From Bilabrum cf. latius (lineage: Eukaryota), in contig OZ237756.1 of NCBI GenBank assembly GCA_965178125.1, positions 434,001 through 498,000 of the forward strand: DNA of 64,000 nt, read 5' to 3'. The translations under genes were made by a program, and so were the position numbers. Of this stretch, positions 13,120 through 25,302 are shown one piece after another. Position 1 is the stretch's first letter, and each line of letters opens with the position of its first letter. Under the pieces are notes generated by a model, which saw nothing but the letters and a program-made list of their open reading frames with translations, ran no database searches and was not told where the DNA came from.

Positions 13120-14300
13120 AGCCTCAGAGTCTGCACCACGATGTGCTCTGCTCTCACCAGCCTCATAGTCTGCACCACGATGTGCTCGGCTCTCACCAGC
13201 CGCAGAGTCTGCACCACGATGTGCTCTGCTCTCACCAGCCGCCGGGCCTGCACCACGATGTGCTCTGCTCACAGCAGCCGCAGAGTCTGCACCACGATGT
13301 GCTCTGCTCACACCAGCCGCTGAGTCTGCACCACGATGTGCTCTGCTCTCACCAGCCGCCGGGCCTGCACCACGATGTGCTCTGCTCACCTTAGCCGCAG
13401 AGTCTCCTCGTCGTCATCACCATCAGATACCTCTGCCCGTTTCCCACCGGCGAGCCCTCGTTGAATAGAGCCTACGGCGTCAACCCTAGTCGCCTCGGCA
13501 GAGCTGCCCTATAAGAGGGCAAGACGCACATCCGGAGCGGGAGGAGAGGCAGCTGGCATCTACAGCGAGGCGCGCTGCTCACAGCAGCCGCCGAGCCTGC
13601 ACTACGAAATGCTCTGCTCACACCAGCCGCTGAGTCTGCACCACGATGTGCTCTGCTCACACCAGCCGCTGAGTCCGCACCACGATGTGCTCTGCTCACA
13701 GCAGCCGCAGAGTCTGCACCACGATGTGCTCTGCTCTCACCAGCCTCATAGTCTGCACCACGATGTGCTCTGCTCACACCAGCCGCTGAGTCTGCACTAC
13801 GATGTGCTCTGCTCACAGCAGCCGCAGAGTCTGCACCACGATGTGCTCTGCTCTCACCAGCCTCATAGTCTGCACCACGATGTGCTCTGCTCTCACCAGC
13901 CGCCGGGCCTGCACCACGATATGCTCTGCTCACCTTAGCCGCAGAGTCTCCTCGTCGTCATCCCCATCAGATACCTCTGCCTGCTTCCCACCGGCGAGCC
14001 CTCGTTGAATAGAGCCTACGGCGTCAACCCTAGTCGCCTCGGCAGAGCTGCCCTAAAGAGGGCAAGACGCACATCCGGAGCGGGAGGAGAGGCAGCTGGC
14101 ATCTACAGCGAGGCGCGCTGCTCACAGCAGCCGCCGAGCCTGCACTACGATGTGCTCGGCTCTCACCAGCCGCAGAGTCTGCACCCCGATGTGCGCTTCT
14201 CTCACTAGCCGCCGGGCCTGCACCACGATGTGCTCGGCTCTCACTAGCCGCTGAGTCTGCACCACGATGTGCTCGGCACTCACCAGCCGCAGAGTCTGCT
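13120..14300. repeat. 39-bp minisatellite blocks inside the element (also 35243-36423)
   Basis: Unit agccgcagagtctgcaccacgatgtgctctgctctcacc, in three blocks separated by a duplicated ~190-bp spacer. Confidence 0.9.
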
Positions 14301-16760
14301 GCCCCCTCGTCGTCATCCCCATCAGATACCTCTGCCTGTTTCCCACCGGGGAGCCCTCGTCGAATAGAGCCTACGGCGTCAACCCCCGAGGCCTCGGCAG
14401 ATCTGCCCTATAAGAGGGCAGACGCACACCCGGGGCTGAAGGAGAGGCAGCCAATAGGTCTCCCGAGAGTTGATCGGTTGTACGCAAAGCAGAGCTGGGC
14501 GGGGCTCGTAAGTGCCGCACAGCCACCCCAGCGTGGGACCCGCTCGACGGTAGGAGTGTGGGTCCAAGCCCATCTTTCCCCCTACTGTCGGCTATATCCC
14601 TTCTAGGAACGGAGCTGGAAGACGATGACGAAGAAGCATTACCTGAGGCCCCGCCCCGGCCAAGTACTTGTGTCGCGGCGATGCGGCTGGCCCCACGTCT
14701 GGCAGCCAGCGTCGCCTTGGCACGTTCAGCAGCGGAATCTGGCTCACGGGTGTAGGTCACGCTCTCCTGCTTGATCCAGCTACAACCTCAGCGCTCAACG
14801 GTATAACACTGCTGCTACGGAGGCCTCGAGCGCGGCGGCCACCAGCCCCGTCGTGAGTGTGGCCTCCTCTATCACTCCGGTTTGCGCGTCCTCCAGCTTT
14901 ACTGCGTGTGCCCGACACGTCAGGCCCGCCGGGCGCCCGCACTCCGTGGGTACCCTAGACAGTCTATGGCAGGCGCACACTGGCGTTCTGAAGACCAATC
15001 AAGCCCAAGTCGATCTACTAGATGACGCAAAGCGACCCGCCAAGGGCTCGCCAGGCTGACATCCACAGCACGGCGGTCCGCAGCAGGCGCACGCTGGTGC
15101 CATCAAGACCACGTCCTCCCAAGTAAACCCAAGATGGCGCTGCACTCACCAGCCGCAGAGTCTACACCACGATGTGCTCGGCTCTCACCAGCCGCAGAGT
15201 CTGCTGCCCCCTCGTCGTCATCCCCATCAGATACCTCTGCCTGTTTCCCACCGGCGAGCCCTCGTTGAATAGAGCCTACGGCGTCAACCCCCGAGGCCCC
15301 GGCAGATCTGCCCTATAAGAGGGCAGACGCACATCCGGGGCTGAAGGAGAGGCAGCCAATAGGTCTCCCGAGAGTTGATCGGTTGTACGCAAAGCAGAGC
15401 TGGGCGGGGCTCGTAAGGGCCGCACAGCCACCCCAGCGTGGGACCCGCTCGACGGTAGGAGTGTGGGTCCAAGCCCATCTTTCCCCCTACTGTCGGCTAT
15501 ATCCCTTCTAGGAACGGAGCTGGAAGACGATGACGAAGAAGCACTACCTGAGGCCCCGCCCCGGCCAAGTACTTGTGTCGCGGCGATACGGCTGGCCCCA
15601 CCTCCGGCAGCCAGCGTCGCCTTGGCACGTTCAGCAGCGGAATCTGGCTCACGGGTGTAGGTCATGCTCTCCTGCTTGATCCAGCTACAACCTCAGCGCC
15701 CGAGGGTACCCCACTGCTGCCGCTACCGGAGTAGTGGCGCCGGCGACGTCGGAGCACTCTCCCCGCCCACGTCGGCGTCCCTCCTGAACCGGGCGCTGCT
15801 GCCGCCGCTTTCGTTTTTGCGCTATGGAGGATTTCCCCGCTGCGGAAAGCTCGAGGACGGCGGCCACTACATCATTTGCGAGTATGGCCTCCTCCATCAC
15901 CACGGTCTGCACGTCCTGCAGCTTGACTGCGCCTTGAGCCCGACACGTCAGGCCCGCCGAGCACCTGCACTCCGTGGGTGCCCTTCCCACCGGCTCGCCA
16001 AGCTGCCCTCCACAGCAAGACAGTCTATGGCAGGCGCACACTGGCGTTCTGAAGACCAATCAAGCCCAAGTCGATCTACTAGATGACGCAAAGCGACCCG
16101 CCAAGGGCTCGCCAGGCTGACATCCACAGCACGGCGGTCCGCAGCAGGCGCACGCTGGTGCCATCAAGACCACGCCATCCCAAGTAAACCCAAGATGGCG
16201 CTGCACTCACCAGCCGCAGAGTCTACACCACGATGTGCTCGGCTCTCACCAGCCGCAGAGTCTGCTGCCCCCTCGTCGTCATCCCCATCAGATACCTCTG
16301 CCTGTTTCCCACCGGCGAGCCCTCGTTGAATAGAGCCTACGGCGTCAACCCCCGAGGCCCCGGCAGATCTGCCCTATAAGAGGGCAGACGCACATCCGGG
16401 GCTGAAGGAGAGGCAGCCAATAGGTCTCCCGAGAGTTGATCGGTTGTACGCAAAGCAGAGCTGGGCGGGGCCCGTAAGTGCCGCACAGCCACCCCAGCGT
16501 GGGACCCGCTCGACGGTAGGAGTGTGAGTCCAGGCCCATCTTTCCCCCTACTGTCGGCTATATCCCTTCTAGGAACGGAGCTGGAAGACGATGACGAAGA
16601 AGCACTACCTGAGGCCCCGCCCCGGCCAAGTACTTGTGTCGCGGCGATGCGGCTGGCCCCACGTCTGGCAGCCAGCGTCGCCTTGGCACGTTCAGCAGCG
16701 GAATCTGGCGCACGGGTGTAGGTCACGCTCTCCTGCTTGATCCAGCTACAACCTCAGCGC
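14300..16760. repeat. Three diverged copies of a ~0.5-1 kb internal module of the element
   Basis: The ORF MTYTR(E/A)PDSAAERAKATL recurs at 14371, 15276 and 16337. Confidence 0.85.
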
Positions 16761-17980
16761 CCGAGGGTACCCCACTGCTGCCGCTACCGGAGTAGTGGCG
16801 CGGCGACGTCGGAGCACTCTCCTTGCGCCACTTCCTGCACCGGGCGCCGCTGCCTCCGCCTTCTCCTGCGCGATTGAGAAGTTCCACGATGCGGAGAGCT
16901 CGAGGCTGGCAGCCACCAGATACTTCACGAGCTGGGCCTCCTCCAGCACTACGGTTTGATGTCCTCCAGCTCTACGGCGTCCGTGCTCGACACGTCAGGC
17001 CCGCCGGGCGCCTACTCCGTGGGTGCCGTTCGCCTCGGCCACCCGGTGGCTGCCGCCGTATCCACTGCCCCAGTTATTGCCGCGTTCTGCAGGCTGATGA
17101 GGTGCCGCATCGCCGTCATCTGGAGGAGGTCGCACGCTAGCTGCGCACCTGTTGGCGTGCCGTCGAGCATGGTCCACCGGAACACCCGCACCATCAGTGG
17201 CGACTCGTCGCCTTCGGCGGACCGCCCTAGCTTAGGGAAAGAGTCGACCATGGCTGCTACCGCCTGTGGCCGTGGTTTCGAGCTCATTTCTGTGAAGAGA
17301 ACTAGAGTGGGAGCCATGCTGACGAGAAAATGATCTCGCCGGCGTTGCTGTGCCTGGTCCGCGGTCTCGCATGACTTATACGCGCATTCCGGTTCCGCTA
17401 GTGCTTCCTTGCATCCACAAAAGGTAAGCTTGGCTGCGGCTGCGGCTCCCAGGCCGTCACGGATGCGGCACGAGCCGGGTCAAAATTTTGCGGTTAACTT
17501 CAGATACCCCGGGAACTCGCTACCGGCCGCACTTTGTACGCCCTCCAATAGTTCGTTAATAGTTCAAACCAACATTCGCACTAAGAGTGATACGCTAAGC
17601 AGGCGAGTACGCATGGCGTTGAGTTGCAGCGTGAGTGTTGGCATTTCGGACCCGTCGGTGGCCAACAGTCGGTAAATTCCAGAGAATTCGTGGGCACCAC
17701 CTTTCAACAGAACTCCAGTGCCCAGATCTTTATATCTGTGGCGCTGCGTGTTGCGTCTCAGCCTCCACTCGAGCACTTGCCTCAAGGGAAGTGCCTCGGG
17801 AGCACAAACCAGGACCCGAACGACTCGGAATCAGTCGGGCCTGATCCCAAGTCTTACCGTTACGGCGCTTGGCGAGAAATGCGCAAATGATGAAGTCCTG
17901 ATTCCTCAGCCCGCTGTGATGGGCATGTCTCGGGCAGGGTCAGCTGTTCGTTCGCGAACGTTCAGCTGATACTGGCGTGA

Positions 17981-20380
17981 TTAAGAAACGAACTAGTACT
18001 ATAGTTCGCCCTTCGGGGGTTTTGAATTCGAACCTTTCTGCCCCGCGGGGCCCCATCCGGAGCCCTCGGACTATCTTTGTCTATCTTAGTAGAATCGTTT
18101 GCCGCTGGCTGTTTCTAAATCGAGGTTTCAGGCATCGAGCACGAAGCGAAAATCATGACGCCGACGGCCGCCTCCAGCGAATCTTTCGGGCCACAGACAC
18201 ATTGAGAGCATATCTCAAAAATTTGCTAGTACAAAAGTTCCTAATTGCAAAATGAGGAGGAAATCTGGAGTCTTTAATTCAGTACATGTACTAGGGAAAA
18301 AGCCTTTACGATTCTCGCGCCCGGAAAATCTGTGTGGCTGCAGGCTGATCCGATCAAGGTACCACCAGTCATCTTGACTGAATCGAACTCACTTCTGTCT
18401 TTTAGTATGATAGTATCGCGCGTGTATGCTCCGCGACTTCTTTTGCGCATAAGTAATGCCCTTCGTTGAGCGAGTCGCGCACTTATAGCTGCGAAGTGGC
18501 ACCGGAATTCAAGCATTGTGTGCGCGCTCACATCCAACAAGCACTCGCACTCCACTCGTAAGATACCCTAACATCGGCAACAGGTAAATGGTTCAAGCAT
18601 GCATAATCTGTGACCATATTATCGTAACGCGGAGATCAATTTTGCAGTAGCTGTCTGTATAAGCACTGCCTGAAGCAATTTCTAATATGTTGGTACATGT
18701 AAGTATTAAGTAAGACATCAACTTGCGTGACACCGACCTAGAAGCACGTATCGACAATTTTAGACAAGTTTTACGATGTATGGTCCACGCAGAGCAGGCA
18801 GTGAGTCCGGACTGGGGAAAACACCCGGACAGTGAACTCATTGCAGCTATGCAAAACGTCATCGAAGGCAAGGCTGCTGCCGGGTGACTGTAGGACTTCC
18901 AGTACGGCTGGGGCTGCTGCACGGCATCCGGCTCCACCGGGTGGACGAGGATGCGGGGCTTTGCAGCTGACTACCGTGCCACTGATGGGCTGGGGTAGCT
19001 AAACGGTTTGCAGCTGGCCAGCGGGCTACTAATGGGCTGGGGCAGCTGCACGGCATTCGACTCCACCGGGTGCACGAGGATGCGGGGCTTTGCAGCTGGC
19101 CAGCGGGCCACTGATGGGCTGGGGCAGCTGCACGGCATTCGACTCCACCGGGTGGACGGCATTCGACTCCACCGGGTGGACGAGGATGCTGGGCTTTGCA
19201 GCTGGCCAGCGGGCCACTGACGGGCTGGGGCAGCTGCACGGCATTCGACTCCACCGGGTGCACGAGGATGCGGGGCTTTGCAGCTGGCCAGCGGGCCACT
19301 GATGGGCTGGGGCAGCTGCACGGCATTCGACTCCACCGGGTGCACGAGGATGCGGGGCTTTGCAGCTGGCCAGCGGGCCACTGATGGGCTGGGGCAGCTG
19401 CACGGCATTCGACTCCACCGGGTGATCGAGGATGCCGGGCTTTGCAGCTGGCCAGCGGGCCCAGCGGGCCACTGACGGGCTGGGGCAGCTGCACGGCATT
19501 CGACTCCACCGGGTGCACGAGGATGCGGGGCTTTGCAGCTGGCTAGCGGGCCACTGATGGGCTGGGGCAGCTGCACGGCATTCGACTCCACCGGGTGCAC
19601 GAGGATGCGGGGCTTTGCAGCTGGCCAGCGGGCCACTGATGGGCTGGGGCAGCTGCACGGCATTCGACTCCACCGGGTGATCGAGGATGCGGGGCTTTGC
19701 AGCTGGCCAGCGGGCCACTGATGGGCTGGGGCAGCTGCACGGCATCCGGCTCCACCGGGTGGACGAGGATGCGGGGCTTTGCAGCTGGCCAGCGGGCCAC
19801 TGATGGGCTGGGGCAGCTGCACGGCATTCGACTCCACCGGGTGATCGAGGATGCGGGGCTTTGCAGCTGGCCAGCGGGCCACTGATGGGCTGGGGCAGCT
19901 GCACGGCATTCGACTCCACCGGGTGGACGAGGATGCGGGGCTTTGCAGCTGGCTAGCTGGCCACTGATGGGCTGGGGCAGCTGCACGGCATTCGACTCCA
20001 CCGGGTGGACGAGGAGGACGAGGATGATGAGGATGCCGGGCTTTGCAGCTGGCTAGCTGGCCACTGATGGGCTGGGGCAGCTGCACGGCATTCGACTCCA
20101 CCGGGTGCACGAGGAGGACGAGGATGATGAGGATGCTGGGCTTTGCAGCTGGCCAGCGGGCCACTATCGGCCTGGATGCTGTCATAGGACCGACGTGACG
20201 GAGCAGAGGCGTGCGTAGGCAGTTTATGAGTGCATGGCCTAGGAGCTGCTATGTTGTAGATTGGATGCCTATTTGTTCGGCACAGAGATGAAGGCAGAGA
20301 TAAAGACGGAGCAAGGTTGCCATAGCCCCCCCGGCGCGAGACCAGACCCCGGGGGGGCTTAATATGATCCTCAACACTTG
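17981..20380 (+). mobile_element. 2.4-kb insertion, possibly a non-autonomous Helitron-like element
   Basis: The empty site is visible at ~50465. Insertion lies between A and T with no TSD. A GC hairpin (gcccccccgg...ccgggggggc, ~20325-20358) sits about 22 nt before a CTTG end. Termini TT/CTTG deviate from canonical TC/CTRR. No transposase seen. Confidence 0.5.
18900..20165. repeat. 82-bp tandem repeat, ~15 copies
   Basis: Unit gctggccagcgggccactgatgggctggggcagctgcacggcattcgactccaccgggtgcacgaggatgcggggctttgca. Confidence 0.95.
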
Positions 20381-21788
20381 TCCTGTGATCGACCGGCGAG
20401 GTGTCATTCCGGTTCGAGTCTACACTGGGGAAAGAGAGAGATCAGCCTCTGCGCTAGACAGGACTAGCAAAGAAATACAGAAGCAGCCTTAGCCAGTAGC
20501 TTTCTTCTCTGGCACGGCCTGCGACGCCAAGATGCGATGGCAGCTCAGGGCACAATCACCGTCCGCAGCTATGTGCCGCAGCAATAAGTATTATAACGCT
20601 GTCGATTACACTACTTTTTAAGCAGTTTCCGATGCGACCGATGAGGTGGTTCAAGCGCTGGTTGCAACCGGAGCCATCGGCGACTCTGGATACTACGAGG
20701 ACCCGGCCGTGCAGCTGGCTGGCGATCTTTCCAACCTGAGGGGCAGTCAGTAGTTTGGGGGTGCGACGCATCACCCATCGATGCCCTTCGTGACAGGAGA
20801 CCACGGGCAGCTCATCCCGCCGGCCAACTCCAGCCTTCTCCACCTGGAGGCATCGTCAGCGGCTGGCAGCCGGCTGGGTCCGCTACTGCACGGTGTTGGC
20901 GAGCCCCCAGCTGCAGCTGGTCATGCAGGGGGCAGCGGCGAGGAGGGTGGTGGCGTTGGTGCAGGTGCTGCTTCTGCGAGCATTGGGGGCTCTGGGGGTG
21001 CTTCTTCTGGGGCCGGTGCACCAGAAGAAGCACAAGAAGCTGCTGGCGGTGACAACGTTGACATGGCTGGCCTTCCCGTGGAGAGGACCGATCGGCACCA
21101 GGTCGTGTTTGTTTTAGATTCTGGTGTGCACCGTCGCTACTCTGGGTTTCAGTCCGAAGGTGCATTCGACTGGGTCGAGAAGGCTTTGTTTGTGGCCACG
21201 GGCGGGCATTCGAAGGACTCGCCAACGAGCAGGGTGTCAACAGGGGTGTCCATGCTGAATCCTGATGGGCATGTAGAGGACGCATCCTTGCCTAGAAATG
21301 GAAAGGACTGGCATGGTACCACGGTCGCGAAGGAGGCATGCGGTGGGCCGGGGATGCGATCGATCATCGTGCCAGTGCGAGTCATTGGTGCGGCATGGGA
21401 TAAACCGGGCACAAATTATGGTGGTTTGCCGAGTGACGAAGCGCGCTAGCTTGTTGACTCACTCCCAAGGATCGATGCAGGGCGCCCCGACCCTGGGAGT
21501 ATCCCGCTTCCTCCAGTGCATGCTGAGGCCGTCAGTTGTGTGCCGTAGGTACGGAGGCACGTTACGAAGTGATTTAGATCGGAGAGATTGTGTAGTATTG
21601 GTCGCAAGTCCGAGCACAGATGTGAGGCTCTCACTTGTTCGGAATTTCGGTGGCACCTGTGTTCTACAGCTGTGCCCCGATATTCTCAGTAATAATTGTC
21701 ATTATATGGCAATACACACTGGGAAGACAGGCAGGGGCAACTCCAGAGGAGGTGATTCCCACTGCTTGTTGTTTTGAACAAGAGCTGA

Positions 21789-24418
21789 TTTGCGCAGCCG
21801 GTTTCCGTTCGCATGCCCGCTTAGGGAGCCCGTTCGGACCAGCTGCACAGATTGCATAGCTTTGGTACATATTGCATTCGATTGTTATTGGAGCCTGCTT
21901 CGTCAGGACGCCATGACTCGTGATCTTGCAGTTGGCCTCGTGGCCTCACGCTGCCGACCGCGAATTCGATGCCAGGACGTGGTTGCATGCCAATTTTGGA
22001 GCCCTGCCTGTCCTGATGTCCGCTTTGCATGGGTGATTTTGCATTTCTATGGGTATGATTAGCTGGTCTCGCTCGTCGAGCCAGCCTTTGCCCGTGAATT
22101 GGTGAACACCGCATTTCTCGGATTTGCACAGCTGGATTCCGCTCGCATGCCCGCTTAGGGAGCCCGTTCGGACCAGCTGCACAGATTGCATAGCTTTGGT
22201 ACATATTGCATTGGATTGTCATTGGAGCCTGCTTCGTCAGGACGCCATGGCACGTGATCTTGTAGTTGGCCCCGTGGCCTACTACTGCCGATCATGGATT
22301 CGATGCCAGGACGTGGTCGCATGCCATTTTGGAGCCCTGCCTGTCCTGATGTCCGCTTTGCATGAGTGATTTTGCATTTCTATGGGTATGATTGGCTGGT
22401 CTCGCTCGTCGAGCCAGCCTTTGCCCGTGAATTGGTGAACACCGCATTTCTCGGATTTGCACAGCCGGTTTCAGTTCGCATGCCCGCTTAGGGAGCCCGT
22501 TCGGACCAGCTGCACAGATTGCATAGCTTTGGTACATATTGCATTGGATTGTCATTGGAGCCTGCTTCGTCAGACGCCATGGCACGTGATCTTGTAGTTG
22601 GCCCCGTGGCCTACTACCGCCGATCATGGATTCGATGCCAGGACGTGGTCGCATGCCATTTTGGAGCCCTGCCTGTCCTGATGTCCGCTGTGCATGGGTG
22701 ATTTTGCATTTCTATGGGTATGATTAGCTGGTCTCGCTCGTCGAGCCAGCCTTTGCCCGTGAATTGGTGAACACCTCGGATTTGCACAGCCGGTTTCCGT
22801 TCGCATGCCCGCTAAGGGAGCCCGTTCGGACCAGCTGCACAGATTGCATAGCTTTGGTACATATTGCATTGGATTGGCATTGGAGCCTGCTTCGTCAGAC
22901 GCCATGGCACGTGATCTTGTAGTTGGCCCCGAGGCCTACTACTGCCGATCATGGATTCGATGCCAGGACGTGGTCGCATGCCATTTTGGAGCCCTGCCTG
23001 TCCTGATGTCCGCTGCGCATGAGTGATTTTGCATTTCTATGGGTATGATTAGCTGGTCTCGCTCGTCGAGCCAGCCTTTGCCCGTGAATTGGTGAAAACC
23101 GCATTTCTCGGATTTGCACAGCCGGTTTCAGTTCGCATGCCCGCTTAGGGAGCCCGTTCGGACCAGCTGCACAGATTGCATAGCTTTGGTACATATTGCA
23201 TTGGATTGTCATTGGAGCCTGCTTCGTCAGACGCCATGGCACGTGATCTTGTAGTTGGCCCCGAGGCCTACTACTGCCGATCATGGATTCGATGCCAGGA
23301 CGTGGTCGCATGCCAATTTTGGAGCCCTGCCTGTCCTGATGTCCGCTGTGCATGAGTGATTTTGCATTTCTATGGGTATGATTAGCTGGTCTCGCTCGTC
23401 GAGCCAGCCTTTGCCCGTGAATTGGTGAACACCGCATTTCTCGAATTTGCACAGCTGGATTCCGCTCGCATGCCCGCTTAGGGAGCCCGTTCGGACCAGC
23501 TGCACAGATTGCATAGCTTTGGTACATATTGCATTGGATTGGCATTGGAGCCTGCTTCGTCAGACGCCATGGCACGTGATCTTGTAGTTGGCCCCGTGGC
23601 CTACTACTGCCGATCATGGATTCGATGCCAGGACGTAGTCGCATGCCATTTTGGAGCCCTGCCTGTCCTGATGTCCGCTTTGCATGAGTGATTTTGCATT
23701 TCTATGGGTATGATTAGCTGGTCTCGCTCGTCGAGCCAGCCTTTGCCCGTGAATTGGTGAACACCGCATTTCTCGAATTTGCACAGCCGGTTTCCGTTCG
23801 CATGCCCGCTTAGGGAGCCCGTTCGGACCAGCTGCACAGATTGCATAGCTTTGGTACATATTGCATTCGATTGTCATTGGAGCCTGCTTCGTCAGGAGGC
23901 CATGGCACGTGATCTTGTAGTTGGCCCCGAGGCCTACTACTGCCGATCATGGATTCGATGCCAGGACGTGGTCGCATGCCATTTTGGAGCCCTGCCTGTC
24001 CTGATGTCCGCTTTGCATGGGTGATTTTGCATTTCTATGGGTATGATTAGCTGGTCTCGCTCGTCGAGCCAGCCTTTGCCCGTGAATTGGTGAACACCTC
24101 GAATTTGCACAGCCGGTTTCCGTTCGCATGCCCGCTTAGGGAGCCCGTTCGGACCAGCTGCACAGATTGCATAGCTTTGGTACATATTGCATTGGATTGG
24201 CATTGGAGCCTGCTTCGTCAGACGCCATGGCACGTGATCTTGTAGTTGGCCCCGTGGCCTACTACTGCCGATCATGGATTCGATGCCAGGACGTGGTTGC
24301 ATGCCAATTTTGGAGCCCTGCCTGTCCTGATGTCCGCTTTGCATGAGTGATTTTGCATTTCTATGGGTATGATTGGCTGGTCTCGCTCGTCGAGCCAGCC
24401 TTTGTCCGTGAATTGGTG
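21789..24418. repeat. ~325-333-bp tandem array, 8 copies, in the 5' region of the YR retrotransposon
   Basis: Units start near 21789, 22122, 22455, 22780, 23112, 23446, 23778 and 24103. Confidence 0.93.
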
Positions 24419-25302
24419 TAAACCGACATCTTGATCTGCTCAGCTTCAATGGGAGCCCGGTTCCATGGGATCCCGGTCATGGCAGTACTCCATGTCGCAA
24501 TTGACGGTGTTATTTCTGTTTCTTTGAATGGGTTTATATCTACCAGGCAGTCTTATGGACCATTTAACCAGCCAGGCTTTCAGCCCAGCTCTGCCGCCTA
24601 TTTCAGCGGATTCCAGTTTGCCTAGCCGTACTCTACGAGACACCCTTTCCTAGCCAACGAGTCTGGTTCGGACTATTATCATGATTCCCTGAGGGCTTGT
24701 AGGGCCTCAACCCTGACACCGAGAGACGATTCTGGTCCTCGTGTGCAGCTGCGGATCGGTTCCGCCTCAGGCGTACACAATCCTACATGTGGTTCACTTC
24801 CACAGTCAGCTATACTAGCTTTCATTGGCTAGACTGATAAATCCGTGCTTGCCGCCGCCTTTCTATCTCGGCGACAACAGGGGCACTTCGAATTTGCCCA
24901 CCTCTTGCGCGTTCTGCCCTCATCAGAGCCTGCACAATTCGACAGCGTGAGCTGCTGGTGAGGTTCATCTAGACAATTAGTCTATTACTAATGGCCTCAC
25001 AACACGCTTTAGGGAGCTGTGCCCTATCTACATCGATGTGCTGCCGCCACCGCTAGGTAGCGCCGTACATCGCACAGTCCGCCATATCACACGGCGGCTT
25101 GACCTGTCCGCATCCAGCAACGATGGCAGGCTTGTTCTATAAATGTGTACCGTCCTTTACGGTCTCCTTCTCGCGACGCTGGCGCCTTTCGAGTTCAAAC
25201 TACACCAGTTCATCTAGGCTTCGCTCGAGGTTCCTCTGTCCGCACGTTACTATTGTAATATCAGTTCTCCAATCCATCGGTGCCGCCTCACATTATTGTC
25301 AG

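Larger units (their letters stand above)
11282..17859 (-). mobile_element. Non-autonomous split-direct-repeat (Ngaro-like) element, 6578 bp, copy 1
   Basis: Clean insertion in host ...gcttcgc|ttacggcg... with no TSD. A 149-bp repeat (11282-11430 = 11759-11907) and a 159-bp repeat (11600-11758 = 17701-17859) give A1-body-B1-A2-spacer-B2 on the minus strand. No RT or recombinase motifs seen. Confidence 0.82.
17931..20510. repeat. ~180-bp dispersed repeat (17931-17980 + 20381-20510) whose uninterrupted inverted copy is at ~50337-50514
   Basis: The reverse complement of 50337-50514 reads cgggcagggtcagctg...ggcgtga|tcctgtgatcgacc...ttcttctct contiguously. Here the two halves are 2.4 kb apart. Confidence 0.8.

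Noticed and set aside
11915-17317. Intact Gag or other CDS inside the 6.58-kb element
   Set aside because: Even with TAG=Gln the minus-strand frames hit TGA and frameshifts (for example near 16950 and 12709). Treated as remnants.
20385-20430. tRNA or suppressor tRNA around the B-box-like ggttcgagtc (20411-20420)
   Set aside because: No T-stem or cloverleaf pairing could be formed. A SINE origin is unproven.
13120-24418. CRISPR array interpretation of the 39-, 82- and 331-bp repeats
   Set aside because: No unique spacers, no cas genes, and a eukaryotic context.
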